From positions 105,423 to 169,422 of the IMG/VR virus record IMGVR_UViG_3300042398_000969: DNA of 64,000 nt; one strand, given 5' to 3'. Under the pieces are notes generated by a model, which saw only the letters and a list, made by a program, of their open reading frames with translations, searched no databases and was not told where the DNA came from. Source of the DNA: a virus. Position 1 is the stretch's first letter. Each line of letters starts with the position of its first letter. Positions 52,070 to 60,942 of the stretch are shown piece after piece. The position numbers and the translations under genes are program-made.

Positions 52070-52379
52070 AATATAGTTTATACAATTCTACGTTCTTTTT
52101 GTATTCTTGTAAAGAATTAATAAGAGGAAACGGAATTCTGATTATTGAATTATCTGGGATGTCAAACTCAATAGACCCAACCTTTGGATTGGCTAGCATA
52201 ATTAACCAACCAAAAAGTGGTGTATTATAGTATTCTTGAGACATCTTATCTAATCTATCTTTACCCTTTATATACTTTACGTACTTATCGGTTGATTTTG
52301 CTGATATTTCAATTCCTGGTACAATTTTAAATTCACCGTCCTCTAAGAAATACTCATATCTGTTAAAATATTGATTCAT
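52059..52379 (-). CDS. LysM-like baseplate protein (gp53/tail X-like)
   Basis: DRLDKMSQEYY....GWLIMLANP......IP....IRIP. Confidence 0.8.
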   Translation of the reverse strand: MNQYFNRYEYFLEDGEFKIVPGIEISAKSTDKYVKYIKGKDRLDKMSQEYYNTPLFGWLIMLANPKVGSIEFDIPDNSIIRIPFPLINSLQEYKKNVELYKLYYGE

Positions 52380-55300
52380 TACTTAATAACTTTAGAAAAG
52401 TTTAACTTTGATTCTGTTGAATTATCTTTTAAACCATGTACGTTGTTCAGTTTTTCTTGTTGTGGACCTGTTATTGATCCAGTAATTGTAACTGCGTATG
52501 GTTTAAAATCCTTTTTATTCTGTACCTTTTTATATTTAAATTTCTTCTCGTCAATATCTAATGCTTTTTTAATAAATTTATTTAATCTTCTTTCTATTTT
52601 GTTAATAGCATTTTTATCAAATAATTTATTATCTGGTGAATTCTCGTATTCTTTTAAAATTTTATCAACGTTGTTTTTAATTATGAACGCCAATAGTTGT
52701 TTATAAAGGTCGTCTGTAAATGATGGGTCAGCAAAATCAATTGATGTATTTAATTCAGCGGTAAACATTGAATGTTTATCTTTTACAAGTTTAATTGCTT
52801 CATCATACTGTTCATAGAATTTTTGAACGTTAAAATCTGTTAAGCTAACAATAGTTGGTGTTTCTCCGTCTATTCTTGCATCTTTACCATTTGTTTCCAT
52901 AATAAAATTAAAACCATCAACTAATTCAATGAATTTGTTTCTATTAGTTTCAAGTTCTTTTATCATTTGTTCATCCTTAATACTGTTTAAGAATTCAGTT
53001 ACCGTTTTTTTAATATATGGGTCAATAATCGCTCTTGATCTTTCGTATTTTGTAGAACCAGAATCCATATCCAAGTCTAAAATAATATTATGATCAGATG
53101 CTGAAACTTTTTCTAAAAGCTTTGTTTCTAATCTACCATATAAGTTTATAAAATCTCTTGTCTTCTTATAGTTTCCTAATAAGGTTATTTGTGTTGTTGT
53201 GTTAAGAGTATCCTGAACATCTAATTGATTTGTTGTTCTATATGTTGGTGAAATAAATAAAGGTAGAATTTCATTACCATATGTTTTTAATAACTTATTA
53301 TACGTTTCTTTAAATTTATCAAAATACTCATTTGTTGCAGCTAATAAATTGTCTCTATTTTGCTGGTAACTCATTTGCGCTGCTGATAAAGTACCAATAT
53401 ATTTTCCTTCTTTTTTAGGGTTTTGTGATGTATTGATTCCAGGTATTTTTGGTGTTTCAACTTTACCTATTAATTTTTCTAAGAAGTCTATATTGAATGC
53501 TTGTAGATCTTTTTGATTTACTGTTGAATCTGCTCTATAGTCATATATTTCAGTATTAGCATAGAAGTTAGAACTTAATGCATTTTGTAATTTTGCAACT
53601 GGTTCTTTAATACCTTGACCACCAATAAAGTTTATTTGTAATGTCACATCCGCAATCATTGGTTGAACACCAATACCTTCAGGATTTAAATCCCAGGTAG
53701 AGTTTTCAAATGTAATGTTTAGGTTTGTTATTACAATTTTTGAATGATAAAAATCACCAATTCTTAAAACACATACTGGTGGTGGTCCAAATGTTGTATT
53801 TCTAGCATCAAGAGATCCACCATTACCTTCAGCGCTTAACCCTTTAATTGGTATTGTGTCACCCGGTCTAATACATTGTTGTAAGAATGTTAATCTAGTA
53901 TTTAAACCTTCAGGTGTCATTGAGTGAAATGCTGGATGAAAGTATCTAAACTTTTGTTTAAGTGAATTAAAAACAACAGGATCTGTTTCTTCTAATTTCT
54001 TAAAGTAAAAACATTCAGATAATGTTTTCATTATTAATTTCTTAACAATATCTAAAGGTGGTTTTCTATTTTTTGGTACCTTGTTAACGGTTATATCAAT
54101 TGTTTCTGAACCAACAGATGTTGTACCTGGGGTTTCAGTTCCTGGTTTAGCTGGAATTTGTGTTGGTTTAGTATACGCATTAATTTTAACATCAACCGAT
54201 CTACAATAAAATGTTACTGGTGCATATTTTTTTAACCCTCCAGTATTTTTTATTTCTTGTTTGTGACAATCATAACCTTCCGGTCCTGTTCTTGTTGCAT
54301 TTTCTCCTTTGTTTGTGAAATTAATAATAATATCACCATTCATATCTTCACCATAACCCAAATCTTTTAAATTTAATATTTTCTTTTCTTTAGTTTGTGC
54401 TGGATTTGAGTTTAATTCACTTATAGTTTTTGTCCAATATTTGGAAAGAGTTGATGGTACATCATTATTTTTTGATAATGTTTTTAAAATGTGTTTAACA
54501 ATACTATCTGATCTTCTGTATGATAATTTAATATTATACTTATCATCAGCAACAAATGATGTTGATGATTCCAAATCAATCTCAATACTTTTTAAATTAT
54601 TTTTTACTAATTCAGCTTTTATTGCATTTAATGTTGTTGTTAATGATGTATAGTTACCTTCTAGTAATTGAAACGCAGATGTTATTTGACCTTGAGTTCT
54701 TGTAACTAAATCTGCTACTGTTCCTGTTGGTACTTCACCATAAATTGTTTTTCTATCTGAAATATTATTTGGTGTGTTAACTGTTAATATCTGAGTTAAT
54801 TCACTATTAAGTTTTGTATTAAATAATGTTTTAGTCTCCGCTTTTGTATAACCAGAATAGACGTCACCATAAGTCTGATTAGCATAGATGTCGTCTTGTG
54901 GAAATGGTATGTCATTAGGGAAAAATAAAAAGCCAGTATATTTGATTGGTGTAGGAAGTTCTTCACTAGCTTCTTTTCCTTCTGTTTTTGTTCCTGGTGT
55001 TGTTGTTGATTCTCCAGCAATCTTTCTAAATTCAATAGAATCTAATTCATCAACTGTTTTACCGTCTCTATAATATTCAAGATATGCTTGTATTAATTCT
55101 AAATCACTTCTATCTAATGTTGTATATTTTCTAACTAATGTATAAAAATCAATATCTTGACAGCCAGCAAAGACAGAATTTAAATATTCTTCTGCTTGTT
55201 CGTCCGTTATTTCTTTTATTAATAAATTTAATATACTTGGATGGTCAACAATAACTTTAAATGATACTGTTCCACTTCTTTCTGTATTTTGATATGTGTA

Positions 55301-57151
55301 TATTGGTTCTGGTCTACCTAAAAAACTATTTTTATCCCAATTGACACTATTTGTTTCATTAACTTTTAAATCATATGGTGGAAACCACATTACACGTCCA
55401 CCGTTTGGACCTCTTTCGCAATATGGTAAATCATCATATGTATAACCAAACTTGTTTGATGTTTTCCATGAAAGATTCTCAAGAGAAAACATATATTTTT
55501 TAACCTTACCTGCAACGGCATCAATATTAGTTGAACTCTTATCAAAAGAACCATTACCATTAGACATTGGGGCTATATTCAAATTCCAAGGTGTCGATAA
55601 AACACTATCTTCTACTTTTCTTATTAACCCAGTTCTTTTCATTGTATCAGAATAGTTCATGTAAGATCTATCCTTTGTCCATACTCTACAATATTCAGTA
55701 CCGTCTTGTTTACCTGTTGCTTTGTCAATATATTTTATTGCAGAACCTCTAGAAATAAATGTATCACCTTCTCTGAATATTCTACTTGTTTGATCAATAA
55801 CATTAGCAACATGTGACCTTGATTGACCACCATCTTTAGGTAATGAATTTAATAACTCTTGTGTTTTACCTAAAATAGAATCATCTCTGAAAGTGTGTTT
55901 CGTAGATAATGTACCTTCAAATACAGAGCTCTCACTTTGATATTCTAGATTATGTACACCTAATTTATTTTTACTATTAGGACTGTACCATGTTAACTTA
56001 CCAGGTATTGCTCCTCTTTCTGAAATGTTTCTTTCACTATGAAATAATCTTGTTGCAGTTTCATCAAATAGTAATGAGAGATAATATGGACTTCTTGTTT
56101 TATTACCATTAAAGTCTGCTATTGTATCTTTTACATCATTCCCTCTATCATCACCAATGTATGCTTTACCTGCTGGTGCTTCTCTACCTATAACTTTATT
56201 AATTCCAGCAGCAACCTTATCTACAAAATTAAATAATTTACTAGAGTTTTGTGATCTAGCTGTTGTTGTATAGTTTGGTGCATATGTTGAAAAAGATAAG
56301 TTATCATATAATATACCTTTTTGACCATCACTTAAGTATTCAATCATCAAGTCTGATGGTTTTCTACTAGCTTTTGGTCTTCTTTGAATACCTAATAAAG
56401 AACCTAGTACACCAGTTGCATCTTGAAATATTTTACCTAATTCACTTTTTGGAACTGGTCTATTAATAACGGGATTTGCTGGGTTACTTAAGTAATCACC
56501 AGGTATTTCAGAAAATGGAAATTCTACACCAGCGACTGTTTGAACAAAATCAATAGCTTTACCAGCTAATGTTTTTGCAACAGTTATTTTATAATTTCTT
56601 TCAATTAGTTTTTCTTTACCTGTTACTATATTAATTGCTGTAGATAAATTACCATTTAAAGCATCTAATGCTCTAACTCTTCCTAATGTTGCGGTTTCTA
56701 AGTTTTGTCTAATTCTAGCTTGAACTGGTCCATCTGGACTTTCAGATAAATGATAGTTTGCAAATTTTGCTAATTTAGATTCAAATTCGTAGTTTTTGGT
56801 ATCTAACGCACCTATTAAGCCTCTACCTAATATGTTTCCAGCAATTGGGAAGTATGGATATACACCAACATTGTCAGTAGATACAATGTTTCTAACATTT
56901 TCAACAACAACATAATTACTTTCTTCAGGACTAAATCTATTACTGTTTTCTGTTGCTATTATTTGTTTATCTCTAGATGTCTCTGAATTTAAAACAACAT
57001 CACCTTGATCCTTATTAGAAAAACTGTTGGTTTTTTGGATAGAATAGTTTGTGCTACCAAAAGTCTGAGGACCATTGGGAACGTTTAGGGTTTTTAATAA
57101 TAATTCATCCCTAAACTTTTTTGTTGCATTGAAATCTAAGTAGCTTGGCAT
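52379..57151 (-). CDS. Large tube-initiator/baseplate protein with an inserted OmpA-like domain
   Basis: W....FLGRPEPIYTYQNTERSG and PPVCVLRIGD..PMIADVTL tube-fold motifs; FFPND..YNIKLSYRRSDS..RSVDV OmpA-C pattern. Confidence 0.7.
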   Translation of the reverse strand: MPSYLDFNATKKFRDELLLKTLNVPNGPQTFGSTNYSIQKTNSFSNKDQGDVVLNSETSRDKQIIATENSNRFSPEESNYVVVENVRNIVSTDNVGVYPYFPIAGNILGRGLIGALDTKNYEFESKLAKFANYHLSESPDGPVQARIRQNLETATLGRVRALDALNGNLSTAINIVTGKEKLIERNYKITVAKTLAGKAIDFVQTVAGVEFPFSEIPGDYLSNPANPVINRPVPKSELGKIFQDATGVLGSLLGIQRRPKASRKPSDLMIEYLSDGQKGILYDNLSFSTYAPNYTTTARSQNSSKLFNFVDKVAAGINKVIGREAPAGKAYIGDDRGNDVKDTIADFNGNKTRSPYYLSLLFDETATRLFHSERNISERGAIPGKLTWYSPNSKNKLGVHNLEYQSESSVFEGTLSTKHTFRDDSILGKTQELLNSLPKDGGQSRSHVANVIDQTSRIFREGDTFISRGSAIKYIDKATGKQDGTEYCRVWTKDRSYMNYSDTMKRTGLIRKVEDSVLSTPWNLNIAPMSNGNGSFDKSSTNIDAVAGKVKKYMFSLENLSWKTSNKFGYTYDDLPYCERGPNGGRVMWFPPYDLKVNETNSVNWDKNSFLGRPEPIYTYQNTERSGTVSFKVIVDHPSILNLLIKEITDEQAEEYLNSVFAGCQDIDFYTLVRKYTTLDRSDLELIQAYLEYYRDGKTVDELDSIEFRKIAGESTTTPGTKTEGKEASEELPTPIKYTGFLFFPNDIPFPQDDIYANQTYGDVYSGYTKAETKTLFNTKLNSELTQILTVNTPNNISDRKTIYGEVPTGTVADLVTRTQGQITSAFQLLEGNYTSLTTTLNAIKAELVKNNLKSIEIDLESSTSFVADDKYNIKLSYRRSDSIVKHILKTLSKNNDVPSTLSKYWTKTISELNSNPAQTKEKKILNLKDLGYGEDMNGDIIINFTNKGENATRTGPEGYDCHKQEIKNTGGLKKYAPVTFYCRSVDVKINAYTKPTQIPAKPGTETPGTTSVGSETIDITVNKVPKNRKPPLDIVKKLIMKTLSECFYFKKLEETDPVVFNSLKQKFRYFHPAFHSMTPEGLNTRLTFLQQCIRPGDTIPIKGLSAEGNGGSLDARNTTFGPPPVCVLRIGDFYHSKIVITNLNITFENSTWDLNPEGIGVQPMIADVTLQINFIGGQGIKEPVAKLQNALSSNFYANTEIYDYRADSTVNQKDLQAFNIDFLEKLIGKVETPKIPGINTSQNPKKEGKYIGTLSAAQMSYQQNRDNLLAATNEYFDKFKETYNKLLKTYGNEILPLFISPTYRTTNQLDVQDTLNTTTQITLLGNYKKTRDFINLYGRLETKLLEKVSASDHNIILDLDMDSGSTKYERSRAIIDPYIKKTVTEFLNSIKDEQMIKELETNRNKFIELVDGFNFIMETNGKDARIDGETPTIVSLTDFNVQKFYEQYDEAIKLVKDKHSMFTAELNTSIDFADPSFTDDLYKQLLAFIIKNNVDKILKEYENSPDNKLFDKNAINKIERRLNKFIKKALDIDEKKFKYKKVQNKKDFKPYAVTITGSITGPQQEKLNNVHGLKDNSTESKLNFSKVIK

Positions 57152-57190
57152 CTATTCGTTTATCTAATAAATAGATAATTTATAATTTTA

Positions 57191-59140
57191 TTATGTGTAG
57201 TTGTTAGTACTCTTAACTATATTAGAAGCTAGAGTAGCTTTTAATTGTGGGTTTCTGTCTATTTCGTTAACCACAATACCAGCTAATTCAGGACTATTGC
57301 TGTTGATATCAACTTTTACAGTAAGTTCACCAAAGAATTTTTTAATTTCATCATATGCTTCTTTTACTTTTTCACCTCCCTTTTCAAGCATATTTCCTCC
57401 TTTATTTTTAAGATCTTCAACATTTATATCTTTTGCTGCTTCACTAAGTTTTTTCTTAAGTAAACCAAGTGTTTCCATCATCTCTGGACTTAAATTTTTC
57501 ATATAATCTGCAACTGCAGACATTGCCTCACCACCAGCATCTATTGCTGCGCCAGCTAATTTTTTAACCGTTTCTCCACTACTATCTTCAGATGGGTTAA
57601 ATGTTTTTTGCATAAAATTAGCTGCTGCTTCCATACCTTTTGATGCTGTTTGACCTATTGGTCCCTTTCTTCCATCATCCATCATCCTTAAGTAAATTGC
57701 TGTTGCAACATTTAATATTTTTGTTGTTTCATTAAATTGATTTCTTGCGATGTCTATTGGTTTTTCATCTGCTGCACTTTTTTGCATCGCTTGTAGTTGC
57801 ACAATTTGTTTATCTGATAAATCACTTAATCCAACGAAACCATCTTTAACGTTATCTAAACCAAGTCTTTCGACCATACTTTTAGGAATATCAAAACCAA
57901 CTTTACCATCTTTCATTGTGGCTAAATTTGAAACAAATTCTTTTTGTTCATCATTTAAAGATGGGAATATGTCTAATTGACTCATCGCTTCAAACTTGGC
58001 AGCCCCTTTAACAGCCATATTAGTTAATTCACCCATTGATATACCTAAAGCATCAGACATAGCTTTAGCACGTCTTAAATTGACTCCTGTTACTTCAAAC
58101 CTACCTTGTTCAACATTATATGTTGCTAAACTTCTAGCTGCACCAATAATACTTGTTTGTAATGATTCAACATTGTTTGTAGCATCATACATTAATTTAA
58201 TTGGGTCACCTAAATCACCAAACGCACCTCCAACAACTTGTAGATTTGCAGCAAGGTTAATTGCACTTTCTGGATCATATAATTTATCAGCAACCTTTAG
58301 CACATCATCCATATTGATTTTAAGTGATTGTGCCTCTTGGACCATTTTACCTAAACCTTTAATTCCGTTTTGGAATCCGTATGCATTTAAGCTACCTAAA
58401 TTTTTAATTAATGTTTCAGAAGTTGCTTTAGCGCTTAAACCTAACTTTACCGAATCCATACCTATGGCTGTAATTGATTTAGATGCATCATCTAAACCTA
58501 TACCAACGTTTCTAAAGTTTTCAGCATTTTCTAATATTGTTCTAGCATTTTTGGTAAAAGCAACGGAAGCTAGCATTCCATCTGAAATTGTTTTTTCTGC
58601 ATAGATAGACATTCTTTCAGAGTTTTCCATTAGGCTTTTTACTGCCCCTAATGTATCATCTGTAGATGCTCCAGCTTCTTGAGCTGCAATCATGGCAACC
58701 CTAACTGATCTCATCATGTCTGTTGCAGCATCCCCCACATATCCTCCTGCACCTCTAACTCGTTCTAGTAATTCTTTGTCTAATTCAGCTAAATCCCCAA
58801 GTATGGCTTCACCACCTTTTAATGCACCATCTAATACACCTTTTATAATTGTTACTGGATTAAGTGAAGCGCTTTTGGTAATACCCTCAAGTATTGCCTT
58901 ACCTGTACTTGTACTAATTCTACCTAATGTATTTACTTGTTGGTCAATAAAACCGGCACCTAATGCATTAATAACACTACCAGTACCACTAGTGGTGCTT
59001 GTTGATCTAGATGATCTAGCTGCTTTTGATGCTACTTCATCAATAGATTTTTGATACCTATCTGCACCTGCTTTTGCATCATCATCTGCGATACCTAAAC
59101 TTTTGAGATACTCATAAAACCCTTTTCTATCTTCTGCCAT
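57191..59140 (-). CDS. Tail tape measure protein
   Basis: Ala/Gly/Leu-rich helical 649 aa protein directly after the tail chaperone. Confidence 0.75.
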   Translation of the reverse strand: MAEDRKGFYEYLKSLGIADDDAKAGADRYQKSIDEVASKAARSSRSTSTTSGTGSVINALGAGFIDQQVNTLGRISTSTGKAILEGITKSASLNPVTIIKGVLDGALKGGEAILGDLAELDKELLERVRGAGGYVGDAATDMMRSVRVAMIAAQEAGASTDDTLGAVKSLMENSERMSIYAEKTISDGMLASVAFTKNARTILENAENFRNVGIGLDDASKSITAIGMDSVKLGLSAKATSETLIKNLGSLNAYGFQNGIKGLGKMVQEAQSLKINMDDVLKVADKLYDPESAINLAANLQVVGGAFGDLGDPIKLMYDATNNVESLQTSIIGAARSLATYNVEQGRFEVTGVNLRRAKAMSDALGISMGELTNMAVKGAAKFEAMSQLDIFPSLNDEQKEFVSNLATMKDGKVGFDIPKSMVERLGLDNVKDGFVGLSDLSDKQIVQLQAMQKSAADEKPIDIARNQFNETTKILNVATAIYLRMMDDGRKGPIGQTASKGMEAAANFMQKTFNPSEDSSGETVKKLAGAAIDAGGEAMSAVADYMKNLSPEMMETLGLLKKKLSEAAKDINVEDLKNKGGNMLEKGGEKVKEAYDEIKKFFGELTVKVDINSNSPELAGIVVNEIDRNPQLKATLASNIVKSTNNYT

Positions 59141-59155
59141 ATTATATAAATAGTT

Positions 59156-59296
59156 TTATCCGTTATTTTCTAATAAAGCATTAATGATATTACTTCTTTC
59201 GTGTATTGGTAATATTAATATGTCTTGATAGGTAAATCCTTTTGTTAAAAGAAATAAAATAATCTGTATTTGGTTTTTCTTATATTCCGTAGAAGG
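59156..59296 (-). CDS. Frameshift extension (gpT-like) of the tail assembly chaperone, no ATG of its own
   Basis: +1 frame reads PSTEYKKNQIQIILFLLTKGFTYQDILILPIHERSNIINALLENNG*, overlapping the chaperone end at TTT TTT CGT CCC TTC. Confidence 0.65.
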   Translation of the reverse strand, partial: PSTEYKKNQIQIILFLLTKGFTYQDILILPIHERSNIINALLENNG

Positions 59297-60020
59297 GACG
59301 AAAAAACTCCACCCCAAAGTCAACCAAAACTGGGACTTTTTCTCCTGACGGGGCGATTACATCAACTATTAGGTCTAAACCTGGTTTATTTTCAGAAACA
59401 AACTTTTTAAAATCTTGTGAATCTTTGATTGGTAGATTTTGAATAAATTGATATATTGCCATTTGATCTCGCTGACCATCAACAGATTTAATCATCATTT
59501 CAAGTTTTTTAGTGTTGAGTGGTGAAACTGTTGTTCCGCTTGAATCTTTAATATTCTGTAATTCTTTTTCTTGTGTGTTTGTTAAGAAGTTGAATGTTAT
59601 ATTTTTCTTAGACATTGGTAATATATATGAATATTCACCATTTGAATCTGCAACTAATTTAAATTCTTTAACTTTTAATACTGATAAATCCAATGTTCCT
59701 TCAAAAGATTTCTTGGTTGCCGGATCTGTTAATGTTAATGTATATTCCGTACCAAACGCAGTATTTCTTAAAAAGATTAAAATAGCTTGTTTATCTTCCT
59801 CAACAAGATCATCATAACTAAGATCTTTATCTAATATCTTTCTTTTTAACAATTCATCAACTACCGTTTCAGATTGTATTAAATTTGGTGACATTAGAAT
59901 ATTTTCATCAGCAGCTGTAAGATAAGCTACTCTTAATGTTTTCTTTCCATTGGAATAGTGTACACCTTGTGATGGTAGAGATACCACATCATATGCAACC
60001 ATTGGGTTAATATTATCCAT
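59280..60020 (-). CDS. Tail assembly chaperone / T4 gp26-like baseplate hub assembly protein
   Basis: VSLPSQG..Y, YLTAADENIL, D..AILIFLR...FG, ends EFFRPF; lies between tube and TMP. Confidence 0.8.
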   Translation of the reverse strand: MDNINPMVAYDVVSLPSQGVHYSNGKKTLRVAYLTAADENILMSPNLIQSETVVDELLKRKILDKDLSYDDLVEEDKQAILIFLRNTAFGTEYTLTLTDPATKKSFEGTLDLSVLKVKEFKLVADSNGEYSYILPMSKKNITFNFLTNTQEKELQNIKDSSGTTVSPLNTKKLEMMIKSVDGQRDQMAIYQFIQNLPIKDSQDFKKFVSENKPGLDLIVDVIAPSGEKVPVLVDFGVEFFRPFYGI

Positions 60021-60087
60021 AATAAATTAAATTAGTTTGTATTAATATAAGTATAATTTATTAGAAAATCAATGGATTATAGAAAAG

Positions 60088-60101
60088 GTTCCACGTGGAA
60101 C
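60088..60101. promoter_or_regulatory. parS-like palindrome GTTCCACGTGGAAC
   Basis: Perfect 14-bp palindrome matching the core of the bacterial parS consensus TGTTNCACGTGNAACA; intergenic. Confidence 0.7.
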
Positions 60102-60102
60102 G

Positions 60103-60135
60103 AAAAATCCACCACCCAAAAGGGATGATGGATTT
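60103..60135 (-). terminator. Intrinsic terminator after the tail tube gene
   Basis: AAATCCATCATCC..GGGTGGTGGATTT followed by T. Confidence 0.75.
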
Positions 60136-60160
60136 AAATAAATCTATTTTAAAATTAATA

Positions 60161-60649
60161 TTAGTATACTTGGATACATCTATCCATTCTCAATTCAGCA
60201 TCAATTGTTGCTAATTCATCTTGAGAATAGTTCAAATCACCAAAGTTTAGACTAGTCAGAAAACAACCTTCAAGAATCCATTTTTCGACTACTACTCCTG
60301 TTGGATCTAACATTTCTAATTCTACATTCTTTTTATAACCAGCGGCGTAGCCCATTCTACCGGTTACGGATTCAGCATGAAGACGGAACCATTCCATAAG
60401 AGCTTGTGATGCTGAAGGACCAATTGGGTCTTTAAATGTAACCTTGATTGGGTCCCAAGTGAATCTACCAGCTACATATGTTGAAGTATTTAAAAATGGT
60501 ATTTCTGTTGAGTTAATTTTAGCACTAGGACGAGCAGTAGATGTTACATACCATTCGTTAATACCTAAAGATGATGGGAATCTTAAGATAAACCTATTTT
60601 TACGTTTCGGTTCATATGGAACCGGCATTTTCATTAATAAATCTGCCAT
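60161..60649 (-). CDS. Tail tube protein (T4 gp19-like)
   Basis: EPKRKNRF, YVAGR.TW, YKKN..L..LDPTG..VE.W.L.G. Confidence 0.92.
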   Translation of the reverse strand: MADLLMKMPVPYEPKRKNRFILRFPSSLGINEWYVTSTARPSAKINSTEIPFLNTSTYVAGRFTWDPIKVTFKDPIGPSASQALMEWFRLHAESVTGRMGYAAGYKKNVELEMLDPTGVVVEKWILEGCFLTSLNFGDLNYSQDELATIDAELRMDRCIQVY

Positions 60650-60765
60650 TGTTTTTGTATTATGTTTTTGTGTTTATTTCTTTCCTATAAATATATCAAT
60701 ATGTGAAATAAAATTTATTTACCGAAATACTTGATTTTCTCGTTTTTTTTCGTTAGCTTTTTGCT

Positions 60766-60887
60766 ACTAACTTACTAAAATACTAATATACTAATACTAC
60801 TAATATACTAATGTACTAATATTCTTGTATTCTATTGTTCTAATATTCTTTTATTCTAATAATTCTAATTTACTGATATTCAATATA
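60766..60887. repeat. Degenerate 8-bp tandem array (~15 copies of WCTAATAT)
   Basis: actaactt actaaaat actaatat actaatact actaatat actaatgt actaatat tcttgtat tctattgt tctaatat ... actgatat. Confidence 0.85.
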
Positions 60888-60890
60888 ATA

Positions 60891-60925
60891 AATAAAAATG
60901 GGGAGGTTTTTAGCCGTCCCCATTT
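60891..60925 (-). terminator. Intrinsic terminator after the sheath gene
   Basis: AAATGGGGA...TCCCCATTT stem followed by a T-rich tail. Confidence 0.75.
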
Positions 60926-60942
60926 CTATTTCTATTGTAATA

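Noticed and set aside
60766-60887. Possible CRISPR array
   Set aside because: Units are 8 bp and contiguous with no unique spacers; no cas genes. The PD-(D/E)xK nuclease lacks the Cas4 Fe-S cysteine pattern
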